A stretch of DNA of 64,000 nt from Lophium mytilinum (lineage: Eukaryota): the NCBI GenBank assembly GCA_010093605.1, contig MU004184.1:1684801-1748800 (forward strand), in the 5' to 3' direction. How positions within the stretch are numbered: position 1 is the stretch's first letter; the number at the start of each line of letters is the position of its first letter. Position numbers and translations under genes: made by a program. This document shows positions 47,002 to 60,379 of this stretch, piece by piece. The notes beneath the pieces were generated by a model, which did no database searches, was not told the origin of the DNA, and saw only the letters and a program-made list of their open reading frames with translations.

Positions 47002-47416
47002 TTTTCGAGGCTCTCGACACTTCCACTCGAATAACTCAGCAACCGCACCTCCTATTACGAATCTGACACCAGGACGCGACTCGCCTGGTCGATTAGTATT
47101 TTTGAAGAAGTTTGGGAGAATAAATATCCCGACTTCGTGGGGCTAGATGGGGGGTGTGCAGCGCTCGACACTTTTTGGGACCCTCGTCGGCCCTCCGCGC
47201 CAAGACCTGCCTATTTGAGGTTTTGGTTCGGAGCCTAAGTTTTCGAGCCTCCTCCCGAACTCCGAGCTTGTTACGAATAGCTCAACAATGACACCTCTAG
47301 TTGCAAATCCGACACCAGGACGTGATTCACACGGCCAAGTGGTAGTTTTGAGGAAGTTTTGAAGGGGAAATTCTAAGGCGTCAAGGGGCTAGAGGGGGTC
47401 CTGCAGGGCTCGACAC
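47002..47416. repeat. Degenerate direct duplication, ~170-bp aligned block at ~246-bp offset
   Basis: GACACCAGGACG at 47065 and 47311, followed in both copies by TTTTGA.GAAGTTT, GGGGCTAGA and TGCAG.GCTCGACAC. Confidence 0.75.
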
Positions 47417-47663
47417 CTCGAGAAGCTCTCACCGCTGCCAAGAGTTGCCGGCAAAAGTCGCGGCGGTGACAGGTAAGGAAGCACATGGGGAAGTAGTTAG
47501 AAATGGGGGGGCGACCAAAGCCAAAATTGAATTCAGCTGGTGTCTTATCAGTTTTCTTTCTTGAAAGTCTTGCATATTTGTATATACATGGCTTTGTTTA
47601 TACCTTGCTTGGCGATGTTGGAGGCTGTTGGACAGTTGTGGATTCATCAAGCTCTTCCTTGTA

Positions 47664-47868
47664 CAGCACCTTCTCACGTCCGGTGACCTAGCGTCAAAAT
47701 CAAGCCACAGAATTACCGTATGGGGTAACAAATCCGGACGCCTTTAGGGGGGAATAACAGCTGCCTAGCCAATGAATCTTCAAGGTGGCTCATTATTAGC
47801 CCGGAAAAGGAGGTTTACAGGGGTCAACTCAGTTTCCACGCTAGGTCACCGGACGTGAGAAGGTGCTG
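47664..47868. mobile_element. MITE (205 bp), Tc1/mariner-type, 31-bp perfect TIRs, TA target-site duplication
   Basis: CAGCACCTTCTCACGTCCGGTGACCTAGCGT (47664-47694) is the exact reverse complement of 47838-47868; TA at 47662-63 and 47869-70; no coding capacity. Confidence 0.88.
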
Positions 47869-48235
47869 TACTGTTGTACGAAAAAGGAAGAAGGAAACCA
47901 CAAACACAAATCTTTATTCACCACGACGTCATGACGCCGCGATCAAAGAGTGCCCTGAGCATTCCCCAGATCACAGGATCGCGTGTCTTAGCGTGTTCCA
48001 GTGTGTTCCGTCCACATGGATATGATCGACGCGCTCGGGCCGTATTAATTCTCCGACGCCCAACGCGCCCCCTTCCACCACTCCACCCACTTGCTCGTCA
48101 ACTATCTATCGCAGCAGATCTGCCGCGTCGCGAATCCTTGCTGACCACTCTCTTTGATCCGCTATCCTTCGCGACAAAAGCAAGCCTTTGTTGACTACCT
48201 CCTTTGTCCTTACGCGATTCATCGCGACCGCTGCC

Positions 48236-51200
48236 ATGGCCCCTCATAATCGGAAACGCCCAGCGCAAGACGATGATGACATCCAAATCATCTCGTCGCA
48301 ACCCGCCTCGCGATCCTTCTCGAATGGGTACCGTCACAGTTCGCAAGCATCCACAGCACCATCTTCCCAGCCATACACGTCGTCATTCGGATCCTCGCAG
48401 CCTTACTCGCAACCCTCGTCGCAGCCGCGCCCTCCAAAGCATGCCAAAGTAATGGACCCGCGCGGGATGGACTCTTTGTATGCCGCGTACGGCGCGCCAA
48501 TAGCACACAGAGGCCCAACTGGCTCTTCCCAGGCGCAGGCCATAGATCTCGACGATGAATTCGACACGGATGACGGCTTAGAAGACGCGCCGGATGCGAC
48601 GCAGGCCTACAACTCATCCTCCTTTAGTTTCGAGATATACGGCATTTTCCAATCCAAAATTGTTGGATGTCGCTTCTACAATGGCGTCGCGACAGTCGGA
48701 GAAATGGTCGTGTTGAAGCGGGAGCCCCAGAATCCCTACGACCGCAATGCCATTCAGGTGCTGAACGTGCAGCGCACTCAGATTGGCCATATTCCGCGTC
48801 AGGTTGCTGGGAAGCTGGCTAAGTATATGGATGCCAAGAGCCTTTTGATTGAGGCCTCTATCACCGGGCCAAAGGGCGAGTTTGACTGTCCAATTGAGTT
48901 GAGGCTGTACGGGACGGATGATCCGAGAAAGAGGGATCAGTTGAAGAAGCAGATGCAGGCTGACAGGCTGCCAGTTGGGAATATGGTCAGTAGGGTGAAG
49001 TTGGCGGAGAGGGCCCAGAAAGAACGAATAGCACAGCAGGAGAAGCTAGATAAAGAGAGGAAAAAGGCGATCGAGCTGGCCCAGAAAGCAGCAAGAAGTG
49101 CAGGTGTCTCTGTTGGACTTGGCAGCAGCAATCTACAGATCAGGTCCTCGGGAGAATATGCTGCTGGTATGTTCACCTTGAGGACATCCATTGTTAAGTT
49201 CATCATGCTAACTCTGAACAGGTTCCGCGGGCGGTTTGCCAACCGTCGAACCCCCCAAAACACTTGACAGTATCATCATGGACAGCGAGCAATTCAATCC
49301 TCGGAACTACGAAGAAATGGTTGATCAGTTTGGGATTAGCGAAGAGAAACTGGCCAGCATGCCGAAGGCCGATCAACCAAAAGGCTTGCTTACCAGATTA
49401 CACCCATTCCAGCTTCAAGGCCTTCAATGGATGCTCGATAAAGAGAGCCCCAAGCTGCCGACAGTAGGCTCAAAAGAGGTTGTCCAATTCTGGCAACGGA
49501 ACAGTAGGAATTCGAATCTGTTCACTCACATTGCTACAAATTTCACTACCAGAGAGTCACCCCGACTCGCGAGTGGTGGTATTCTCGCCGATGATATGGG
49601 TCTTGGGAAGACCATTTCAGTCATCTCTCTCATACTAGCCGACAAGGCACTTGGTCGGAAGAATGCAGATGTCAGTGGCGCAACTCTGATCCTTGCGCCC
49701 GTTAGCGTCATGAGCAATTGGAGTTCACAGGTAGGTTTTCGAGTGTCCCATATTATCTCCAAGAAACCCCCCTGACATGATGTTAGATGGCGAAACACAT
49801 CGAGAAAGAGCACTCGCTACGAATCATGTTTTACCATAGCACCCTTAAGAAGCCTCTGAACCCGCAAGAGATCGACAATTACGACATTGTCATCTCTACT
49901 TATGACACAGTGTCTTCGGAGTGGTGGAAATCTGCTAAGCCAGAAGAGGCTGTACGAAAGGACGGGTATGGTCTCTCAAGGAATCTGCAAAATGAGGTGG
50001 CTAACCATCTTAGTGTATTTTCCGTCAACTGGCGCCGCGTGGTGCTTGATGAGGGGCATCATATCAGGAACCCAGCTTCGAAGCGCGCACAAGCAGCCTG
50101 GCATATCAAGGCCCAATCCAAATGGGCCCTTTCAGGTAAATCCATGCTAACTGATGTTTTTCAACTGTGCTTGTTCAAGCTGACGGCCTGTTCTAGGAAC
50201 CCCGATTGTCAACAACTTAAAAGATTTGTATTCTCTTGTCAAATTCATCGACCTACCAATTATGAATGACATAACGATATTCAACCATACCATCATCAGA
50301 CCCATGACTAAGGGTGACAAAGCAGCCGTCAAGCTTCTCAAATATCTCATGGGAGAGATGTGTCTTCGGCGGAGAAAGGACATGTCCTTCATCGACCTAC
50401 GACTACCCGAGCTCTCCGAATATATCCACCGCATCAAATTCTCCCCGAACGAGCAAGAGATGTACGACGTCCTCGCGGAAGAAGCCAAGGGCCGACTGGA
50501 CATGTGGCTACAGGAACAACAGACGAGCACGACCAACAAGGTCGCCTCTGGCACAAACTCCTACCGCGGCGTCCTCGAAATCATCCTCCGCATGCGCCAG
50601 GTCTGCAACCACTACGAACTCGTCGGCACCGACCGCCTCGGGGGCATCATGGCCGCCCTCGACGCCAACGGCTTCGTCGACCTGACCCCAGACAACAAGC
50701 TCGCCCTCCAACAACTCCTCCAGCTGAGCATCGACTCCCAAGAAGACTGCCCTGTGTGCCTCGATACCTTCAAAGACCCCGTCATCACCAAATGCGCCCA
50801 CGTCTTTTGCACCCCCTGCATCGAGCGCGTCATCGACACGCAGCACCGATGCCCCATGTGCCGCGCCGAGCTCGACGCCCTGGGCACCACCACCGTCAAG
50901 CCCATGAAAGAGGGTGAGGCGGCGAATGGGGGAGCCTCTACAACTACTCAACCCGAGCCCCCCTCCCTCACCGACCTCAAATCCAGCAGCAAAGTCGCCG
51001 CAATCCTCGCCATCCTCAGGGCCCAGCAAAAGGACCCGTCCAAGGGCAACAAGACCATCGTCTTCTCCCAGTGGACCTCCTTCCTCGACCTCCTCACCCC
51101 CCACCTGCGCGACGCCGGCTTCGGCCTCACCCGCATCGACGGCACCATGCGCGCCGCAGACCGCGACCGCGCCCTCGACGCGCTCGAATCAGACCCGCAG

Positions 51201-51539
51201 TGCACCGTCATGCTCGCCTCCCTGGCCGTCGCGTCCGTCGGGCTGAATCTCGTCGCGGCCAACAGCGTCATCCTCGCGGATAGCTGGTGGGCGCCGGCGA
51301 TCGAGGACCAGGCGGTCGATCGCGTGCACCGGCTGGGCCAGAAGCGGGAGTGCACGGTGTTCCGTATTGTAATTGAGAAGAGCGTTGAGGAGAAGGTGTT
51401 GGGGATCCAGGAGAAGAAGCGGCAGCTGGTGGGGGTTGTGTTTAATGAGCGGGATGAGGATGGGGAGTTGGGCGGGCGGAAGAAGAAGGGGAGGAGGCGT
51501 GTGGGGGGTGTGGAGGATTTGAGGACGTTGTTGGGGTAG
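48236..51539 (+). CDS. RAD5/HLTF-like SNF2 helicase-ubiquitin ligase (HIRAN, SNF2_N, RING, Helicase_C); introns 49167-49221, 49731-49786, 49966-50013, 50136-50196
   Basis: HIRAN (IVGCRFY..REPQNPYDRNAI..IGHIPR), GGILADDMGLGKT, LDEGH, RING CPVC..CAHVFC..C..CPMCR, VFSQW, QAVDRVHRLGQ. Confidence 0.94.
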
Positions 51540-51971
51540 GGGTTTGGTAGGGATGGGGGGTAAGAAGTAGTGTGGGAACGTGTGCGTGTTGGTGTACGAG
51601 TTAGTTATGTCATGGTGTGGTTGAGGGGTATGGTGTTCTAGAGTCTTTGGGGATTTCTGTCTATTGGGGAGGGAGTATTGGACTAGATGGTGTGTCATTA
51701 TGGTAATTTCGAATAGATATGGTTGCTCAGGCAGAACAAATACCTTGGTAATCTCACTCAACTGGCTGAGGTTTTGAAAACAAAAGGTGTATGCGAAGTT
51801 AGAAATGCGTTAGGTCTTAGGTCGTCAATCTACTCTAATCTCTTTTTCTCGTTTCCATCATGCCCAGCGCAACCATCGTTCGCCGCTCCCTCCTCCAAGC
51901 TCTAGCAAAAAAGGTGTATACAATCGAAGGGAGAAGAAACGTGCTGCACCAACCCCATCACGCCCGCATCT

Positions 51972-54900
51972 CTACTGATCCGCCTCCTTAATCTCATACT
52001 CGCGCGCATCCTGGAACAAGTCGATGATGCAACTCGCGGACCAGGACTGGGTTGGGCACTATAGTCACACGTTAGCCTAGGATCAGCGGTAGGAGCAGAA
52101 GGTGTATCACTCACCGAATCACCACAGAACGAGCCATCCTTATTCGTTAGCTCCGTCAAACCTGCCCATGGACTCTCCTTGATGGCCTTCATGCACCCCT
52201 CCAGCCTCTTCGTGACTTGCTGATAAGTCTCCACCCGCTCTGCTGGCGTGTTGCGGCGCATGAGGTCAAACTTCAGCAGCGCGCGAAGGAAGAACCCCGT
52301 AGGCCACACCCACTCGGGGCCCTGGTGGTAATTGCGGCCCTTTGCGGTGTGGAAGTTGTCAGAATCCTCGGCGTTGTTGTAGTAGCCGCGGTAGTTGAGA
52401 TCAGACGGGTCGAGGGTTGCCATGCCCTGGGGACCGAGGAGGAACTCGTCCGCTATAGAAAGGGCGTGCAGCGCGTGCTCGGGATCAAAGAGATCGGGCG
52501 CGACGGCCATAGCGACGGGGAAGTTGGGACGGAGTTGGTAGTCCTCGTACTCCTTTCCAGAGCGGTACAGGTCTTTGTAGATACCGCGACGGTTGATGAT
52601 GGCAGTGTTGACGTCGTATTCGGAGTCCTTAGTTTTGTCGAGGGGGACGTAGTAGCACTTCTCGAAGTTCGCTTTGATCCTGGCGGCCCAGTCTTTGAAG
52701 GAGATCACTTTGTCGCCGTCGTCGACGCTGACGCCGTCGTACTTGTATTTTCCTTCTTGACGTAGTTGATCGACCCAGGCTAGGGTGCTGTACAGCATGC
52801 CGGTGATCTCGACTGCTGCACCGTCTCTTGGGGTGCCGGGAACGCCCTTGCTACCAGCTCTTACGCTCTCGCCCATCTTGTCCATCCAGGTTCCGCAATT
52901 GAATTGATTGCCGCCAAAGACCATGCCCGTGTCCCGGTCAGTCCAGATCTTGATGTTGAACCCTTCCGATTTCATCTGGCTGTCCAGATCTGGTCCGGCG
53001 TTGTACTCTCGGAAGTCCATGCCTGACGCATGTCGTTGTAGAGCCTCTTGAATCACGTCTTCGATAGTAGAGGACTTGGAGTACGCTCTTTTGTCCGTAT
53101 CAGGAAACCATGTGTCATCATAAGGGAGGAATCGCCTTTTCGTCTTCTCTTGAAGGATGTCTATGCCATCTGGAACGATCTTGGTATAGTCTTGGATATT
53201 CTGGAGGAACCACCAGATTGAATCCCTGGAATTGTATCTAGGAAGCTTCCCACTGCTGAGGAGGTTGGGGATCATGCCATGTTTGAGGACACTGGCAAAT
53301 GCCAGGATGTGTTCCTTTGCATCGGCAAACCGTCCAGTGCCCATGTAAAGGCCTCGAGCTGAGATACAGATGTCGCGACCCCAGCATCGAGCCCAGTCGT
53401 ACGAGAAATGCGGCAAACCTGCTGCCATACTCGCAACCTTCTTTTCTGGCCACAATGAAGTATTGTTCATGTAACCAGTGACTTGTATGCTGACAAGAGA
53501 AAGACTTTTCAAGAACGGTTGCCCTTGTCGAACATTCTCGCCCATAAGCTCAATGGAGCGGTCGTAGGCGGCATTATACGCAGTTTGAATGACCATGGCG
53601 AAGTATCGGGGTAGAAGAAAGCTTGGGATCTTCCGGATGGCGTCGAATCTCTCCTTAAGCCAGTTGGCTACCGGCTTGATACGATGGTATAATCTCTTAG
53701 AAGATGCCTTCACCAAGCGGTTGACGCAGTAATCCAATGCCCATTGACCTTCTCGAAGGTGCTGGCAGACTGGGTGGCCCAGATTGTTGTCGTTGACGAT
53801 GTCTCGTAGAACACTCCACCAGCCCTGTAGACCTGCATAAACCAGATTTCCATGACCTGGAATATTGTATGTTCCATCCTTCCCATCGCTTGCGTCCTTT
53901 TCTTCTGGGTCGCATCTGTACAAGATGAAGTTGAGGTCCGAGAGATCGCAGCCCTCGAAAGCCGAAGCGGCACCCCGGGTAACGAACTTGTCAAGACCCT
54001 CTGCATGCTCTGCACTTGGGACTGAGGTCTCGAAGAGAGCTATGCTACCAGGCGGAAAGAAATCGGGAATGGTAATGTTCGTCGAGTCACCCGAGGCTTC
54101 CACCCTGACGCCTTCCAAGTCCTTTGTATGACTGGGCAGTCCGCGCAATGTTGTCGTGTCTTCAATAGCCGCTAGCTTCACTGAATCGCTCGTGTCGACC
54201 TCTAGGTTCCAGGCTCCAATCAACTTAGCCTGCGTGCCAGGAAGGTTGGTCGTAGGGAATCCGCCGTTGCCGTTGCCATATCCAGGGAAAGCTGTGTGCG
54301 CGATGAGGAAGTATCCCTTCCTTGACTTGGGATTGACTCGATGGACGGTGATATATTCGTGGTCATGGTGGATGAAGGTCTCGTCGTATTCTTCTTTGCC
54401 CATCAAAACATGGATTTCATTGAGAATCTTCTTGATTCCACCAATGCCGCCTTCGCCAGCTTCCGCTTTTACAGGACCTCCGGTAGAGTAGGCAGAAGAG
54501 TAGAGTCGTTTCTCGTGCACCAGTTCGATGAGCTTCGGGTAGACCTCATCGAATCCCATAACACTGCCAGTCGCGCACGCACACATTGCTACCAAAGCAG
54601 CGCTGGGCAATGTGTCTCTAGCATCACGCTTTTGAGCAGGCGTTTCATTGTCATGCGTGCAGTCCATGAATAGCGCGTGGACCGGGCTCTGCTTGATCTT
54701 GTGAATCACTTCGTGGGTTGAGGCCGACTCGACAGACTCTCCATTCTCTATGGCTTTTTCGGCGTTTTCTGCGTTCATGACTTCATCGACCTCAAAGCTA
54801 CCGACAGGCCTCCCGCCGTGACGATGAACCAAGCGACTGAGCTCCTGTGTGCTCCATGCTTGCATGCCCTCTCGAATCAATGCACACAGCCCGAGCCGCA

Positions 54901-56764
54901 TAACAAACTTGTAATCCATCTCCTCGGAGCCAGAGAAGAGTTCGGCCGCGACGAACAGATTGGGATTGACCTGTCTCGCCTGGTCCAACATGTATTCGGC
55001 CAAGTGTATCGGAGTGGAATGGCAATTGTCGATACGGAAACCATGAAAGTACTTGGCCATGAGCCTGGTGTATTTGGCAATGAAGTCCCACAAGAACGGG
55101 TTACTCTGGGGACCATCTCCATAGCGAAGTTTGACACAGTCGCCCCAAACGATGACTTCTCGTCGGAGATAGGCTCGAGACTTCCACCCAGCATTGTCCT
55201 TCATGGCGTCCGCCGCCCAGACCCAACCGTTGTTGACTAGGGCCAGTGCTTCAGGATTGTGCTTCTTGGTGATCTCATTAAGAGGCAGCCGCGTGAAGTA
55301 CGACTCAATCAAGGGGCTCTTGTCGGTGATTGGGCCCATTTTGGGACCATTATCATCAAGTCGACAGTACTTGATGCGGTTGAAAAGCTGTTCCATGATT
55401 TCGGCAGTATCTGCGTCATATTCTCGATAGTATTGGAGGTTGATCTCCTCGAGAATCCGGTATATAGTACCATGCGCCGCTCGCGTATCAGGAGTATCGG
55501 TTGTCGTGGGGTCAAATCGGCCAAACAGCGCGCAGAGAAGTGCAGCGCCTATCGCTGGATCTATCCGTCGCCGAAATCTTTCTCCGAATCTGTCACCTCC
55601 GAGGAGACCATTCTCTATGCACCAATCCGCCTTCCTCTTGAGCGGCCAATCTTTGACTGCATCGAGACCTCGATCACCGAGGCCGCTGAACGCATCATCG
55701 GGAAAGGTGGCTTTGCCATCTGACCAAGCTTGTACTGTGGCTTTGGTATCGCGCTCTACGTCTAGAACATAGAACTCCCACAACCGACAAGCACCCAGCA
55801 CATGAGTCTTAACACCTTCCATAATCTTCAAGAGGTCGTCGACGGACTTGATATCGGTCGGCTGGCCCAAAGATCGCAAATCCTTGCTGTATTTCAGCAG
55901 AGCGGTATCGAGAACCAGAGCTGGCTTGAGCCATGGAGCGGTCTCTACGTTGTAACCAGCCTCTGGGTGATACTCAAGCCATTTGCTGTTGTTGGCTGTG
56001 TGGTTCCATACAACATCTGTCATGGCAAGCATATTGTACTCTTCTTCCATCTTCTTGACCATTCGGGCAACATCTTTCTCGCCATTCGGGAAAGAAACCT
56101 TGTCGAAATGATGCTGGTCGTATATGCTGTACGGCGAGTTGGAGTCTCCTCTCATCATTAGCGGCGTAAAATGGACCATGTTGTACCCTCTCTGGCTGAT
56201 GCCATGCAGATGATTGTCCCAGTCGTTGGGGTATTTGCCCATGAACTTGGAAATGACAGAGAAGACGATAAGGGAATCAATTGGCATGAAGGACTTTTGA
56301 ATTGTGAGTTTCGGGCAGACATCGATGTAGTAGGTAGCCGTTCGAGTGGGCTTCGGGGGTTCGACCGAGGAGGTAGAGAAGGCCGGTAGCGGCGAGTAGG
56401 TTGTGTAGAATGCATAGGCTCCGGCGGTGTGGATGGGAATATCAATCTCGGTGCAACGATTGAAGTCTGGAGTCAACCTATCTGAAAGTCAGTAACGTAG
56501 GTATTTCGGGTTTTCTGAGCTCACGTACTTGTACTCGTGGTATTTGTCCCTCTTGAAGTGCTCTCCTTTGGCAGGAATGTTCACCCAGAGACTGCCTTTC
56601 CGACATATCGAACTGGTTCCCTCGATCAGGAATCGTACAACGTAGGTATTCTGTGCTTTCGGTGGGGGCAGGTAGATGTAGGTGCCAGGGACATCTGGAG
56701 CACCGCTGTCGGTCAATGGCAGCAGGTACACTTCCTGGGCGGAGGACTGGGAGACTGCGGTCAT
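51972..56764 (-). CDS. gdb1: Glycogen debranching enzyme (4-alpha-glucanotransferase/amylo-1,6-glucosidase); exons 56764-56529, 56477-52115, 52058-51972
   Basis: GYNMVHFTPL, DVVWNHTA, GFRIDNCHSTP, AELF, MDCTHDNE, RCWGRD, GTWMDKMG, YHQGPEW, LTELTN..S-CPTQSWS. Confidence 0.97.
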
Positions 56765-57962
56765 TTTTGCTTGGGGTGGTTGGGAATTGGGAGCTGAGAC
56801 GAAAGCGGTAGGCTGATGTGCAACAAAAGTTCAAGCTGCGAGTTTTGATAGGACTGTAAGGATAACGCTAAAAACGTTGAGAATCGAGGTGGATGGAGTA
56901 TGGAGAGAGGGGAGGAGTAGCAATAGATAGCACTTAGATGTTAGATACGGGCGTGGAAAGAGCCATAGCCACTCGAGCAGGTAGAAGCTGGTGGTCCGAT
57001 GAGGTCCTGGAGAGCAGGCGCAAAAGGGCAGAAACACAGCTCGACTGAGTGCAGCGCGGGAAGCGGCGCGGGGCTAGTATTTCACGCCGCAACGTCATTC
57101 AGCAGGGGTATTTTCACCTGTTCACCATGTCAGCGAAGGCGGTGAGGGCCGACTCCACAACAGGATTGTGACAGATGCGATGTTCAGGCACCGTTGCTGC
57201 AATTAGCAGCCGTTCCGTGGTGCTCGACACGGCTTCCCTTCATCAGACATCCCGAGTCGGGTTGCCCTGCCCACGGCGCCTTTGTATGTCCATGCCAAGC
57301 ATGGTGGGCAGAGACGCAATTGGCCGCGAGTTGTACATGCAAGATGAATTTTGAATGCACCAGGATATCAGAACTGAAGAGTCGAGACGAGCTCAACATC
57401 ACTTCTTCAAGCAACTATCTCCTCACTCCGCAGTCATCTATTGACGCTGTCCCATCGCATTATGGAACGGAGGGCCATACCCCACTCCTCCTTTCCTAAA
57501 GCAAGTCCGCAAGTCTGCAAATCGCCCCCTTTCCAATAGCTCCGCCCGCCAATGAGTCCACCTTCTCCCATGATATCTTACAAGTCGTGCAATACAATAG
57601 GCCGAGAGATCGCTGTGCTATTCGGGCTTTCAAGCATCCCAAAAGCCGCAACCACAAAGCCAAACGAGAATCGTTGCGGACGCTAGACCAAATGGTATCG
57701 AAGCTGGGTATCGCATTTTTGTGTCGTGGCGGCAGCAAAATGACCCAAAACCTGGCCGCAAAATGCAACAGAAAAAGGAAAGAAACAGAAAATCAAAATT
57801 CCAGAAGACACGCTGTGTTGATTAGAGTTCGTTTTGTCCGTCGCATCTGGACTTGAATCCAACACTTTGTCAAAAGACACGCTTAGTGAATCATAGTGGT
57901 ATCGGTCCTCTCATTTACGCCCGAGTCCGACTTTGGGTGAGTCAAGCTTCGAACGAAGCCTT

Positions 57963-60379
57963 TCAATTGGGGAAGCCGAGTGAGAAGGGAGAGGTTGGTT
58001 GAATCTCCAACCTGTTGGGGTTCGGAGCGCCAAGGCGGGTGTGGCCAGCCTGGGTAGGAGTGGCATTCTCGTCGTCGAAACTTCGTTTTGCAGCCACCGG
58101 AGTGCCGCGACGTCTGTCTGACATACCCGTCATTGAATTTTTGCTGCTAGCTGAAGAGGACATAGCTCCTGATCGATCCTCAAAGCTTGGCGCAGCCGTG
58201 GAACCAGTCAAGCTAGAGGTACGAGGACCGAAAGATGGAGCATGAGCTTTGGACTGGGACTGAGATTGGGTGCCGTAATAGGAAGACTGTGGCTGGACGT
58301 GAGACTGGCCACCGTAAGATGAAGCCTGTGACTGGGCCTGGGTTTGGCCACCGTATGAGGAAGCCTGCGACCGGGCCTCGACGTCCAAGCTTGAAGGATG
58401 CGAGTAAGACTGGACACCGTATGAGGAAGCATGCGGCTGGGTCTCAACGTCCAAGTTGGAAAGATGCGAGCGGGCCTCGATCTTCTCACGCGCCTTCAAT
58501 TCCGCCGCCAAGTACTCTTTCTCCGTCCAGCATCCCTGCCAACAGTTGCGCCAGTCAAGCACTAGGAATTGGAAGCAGAAAGCGTCGATCTTCATGCACG
58601 GCTGGAAGCAGATGCACAAGTTGCGGTAGTCCATTTTGTTTTGTTCGGAGCAGGAATGGAGCAAGGAGATGTGGCACGTGATCGCGAATAGAAGATAGTA
58701 GTGGTACGGCGGGAGCTTCGAAAGCTCATCCTTGAGCAGCTGGGGTGTGCTCTTGGCGCCCGGACATTCTTGCTGGATTTTCGCCTGGATGGCTTTGGGG
58801 AAGATCTCATCGGGGATATTGCGCAGCCAGTTCTTGAACATCGAGCCGATGATGTTGATGTCGTATAGCTCAGGCTCGTCGAAGAGGTTGATATCGAGCT
58901 CTGTAGTAATTCATGAGCTACTGCTACTGCACGCATGTACAAATAATTGGCAATCTCACCTTTGTCGAATCGCTGCTCCCAGTATTTGATTTCCCTACCA
59001 CTGCCGGGAACGCGGTACAGACCCTCTTCCTCGCAACCTTTCATGTTGAGGTAACTACATGTACGGTTAGCGCTGGCTCATTGAGCATAGAGAGCTACTC
59101 ACTCGATGCATCGCCATGGCAGAGCAGGCATCCAGAACTCGGTCTTGTCCTTTGAGTTCTCGAGACGCTTGGATATGCGAGTCTTTAGGGTCTGCTCAAT
59201 CAACGGCTTGTTGATGACTTGGATCTCGTGCTCAACGGTTGGAGCATCCTTGTCGTTGGAACTACCAGTTCGGTGGAGTTTGTCAAACATAGCTCGGGCA
59301 CCCTTCCCCAATCCGTCTGCGGCTTTGGTAGAGCCTGTCTTTATGGCGGTCATGAAGGATCCACCGCGGGGTTCGTTGTATGATGAGGACAGATGTTGCT
59401 CCCCCGTGTTCGTAGCCCGGGCGTCTTCTGAGTGGCCTCCCTTGTGGCGATCTTCGGAGTGAGTGCGCATTCCGCCGATGTTCATGTTCTGTCGCCATGA
59501 CCTCTGGCCCTCCAAGGGCGCAGTCTTCATGTTGCCCGTGTCTTTGGACTCGTCATATGCTGCGGTGTTAGTCTCAGCAAGGCGCCTAGGTATGTTAGCC
59601 TTGAGTTTCGAACGTGGTGCTTCAGGGCGTGGTGAGATTGACTCATCCACTTTGATTGACCTTGATCGACCCAAGATTCCTCCGAACTTGTTCTTGCTGG
59701 TGCCGCCATTTTTGTTGGCGTTATTCTTCTTGTTGACGTCAGCGTTCTTGTCGGCGGCACCGTTCTTGTCGTTCTTGCGTTTGCCGAAAGCCATGTCGCT
59801 GTTGAGATAGGGGACGCTGGTCGACTTTATGGATCCGCTGTTGCTACGTTCGTCTGATCCGTCTGCGGTAGACGTCGCACCTATGCCAGTCAGAATCGAA
59901 GCTTCATGGGGGTGAATCGGTAGCGCACCGTTCCGCTGACTCGAGCTGTCCTGTGAGCGGCTGCTCAACTCCGGACTGGAGCTCTGCTTGTGCCCTGAGG
60001 GGTAAACTTGGCTTGCTGAAGATTTGGAATCAGTAACTTGTCGCAACGAACCATCCGCTGTCCCCAGGCGTGGCGACGACGACGACGTGATCCTCGGCGA
60101 CGACTTTGAGGCTTTGATGTTGGCGAAGAAGGTGCGTGAGCTCTCTTTGCGGTGTCGAGGCGAAGTAGGCGAATCTGGCGGCTGGAACGGAGCTATCGGC
60201 GTCGATTGATCCGGCTCACGAAGCGCGTCGCTGTTAAGCGCGTCGGCGTCATATCTGGACCCTGATGGTGGAGGCGATTGAGGACTTCGCGGGCTCAGCG
60301 CTTGGGTAGGCTTCCCCTCTTTGTGTTTATTCGTCCTCGCGGGCAACGTCGTTATGGAAAGGGAGGATGACTTCGGCAT
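57963..60379 (-). CDS. Rho GTPase-activating protein; introns 59102-59055, 58959-58901 (and probably 59928-59881)
   Basis: FWMPALPWRCID-YLN.KGCEEEGLYRVPG (arginine finger), DINIIGSMFKNWLRNIP, NKMDYRNLCICFQP; long Ser-rich N-terminus. Confidence 0.92.

Noticed and set aside
50300..56450. Numerous long antisense and alternate-frame ORFs over the helicase and gdb1
   Set aside because: Shadows of GC-rich codon bias; no independent motifs.
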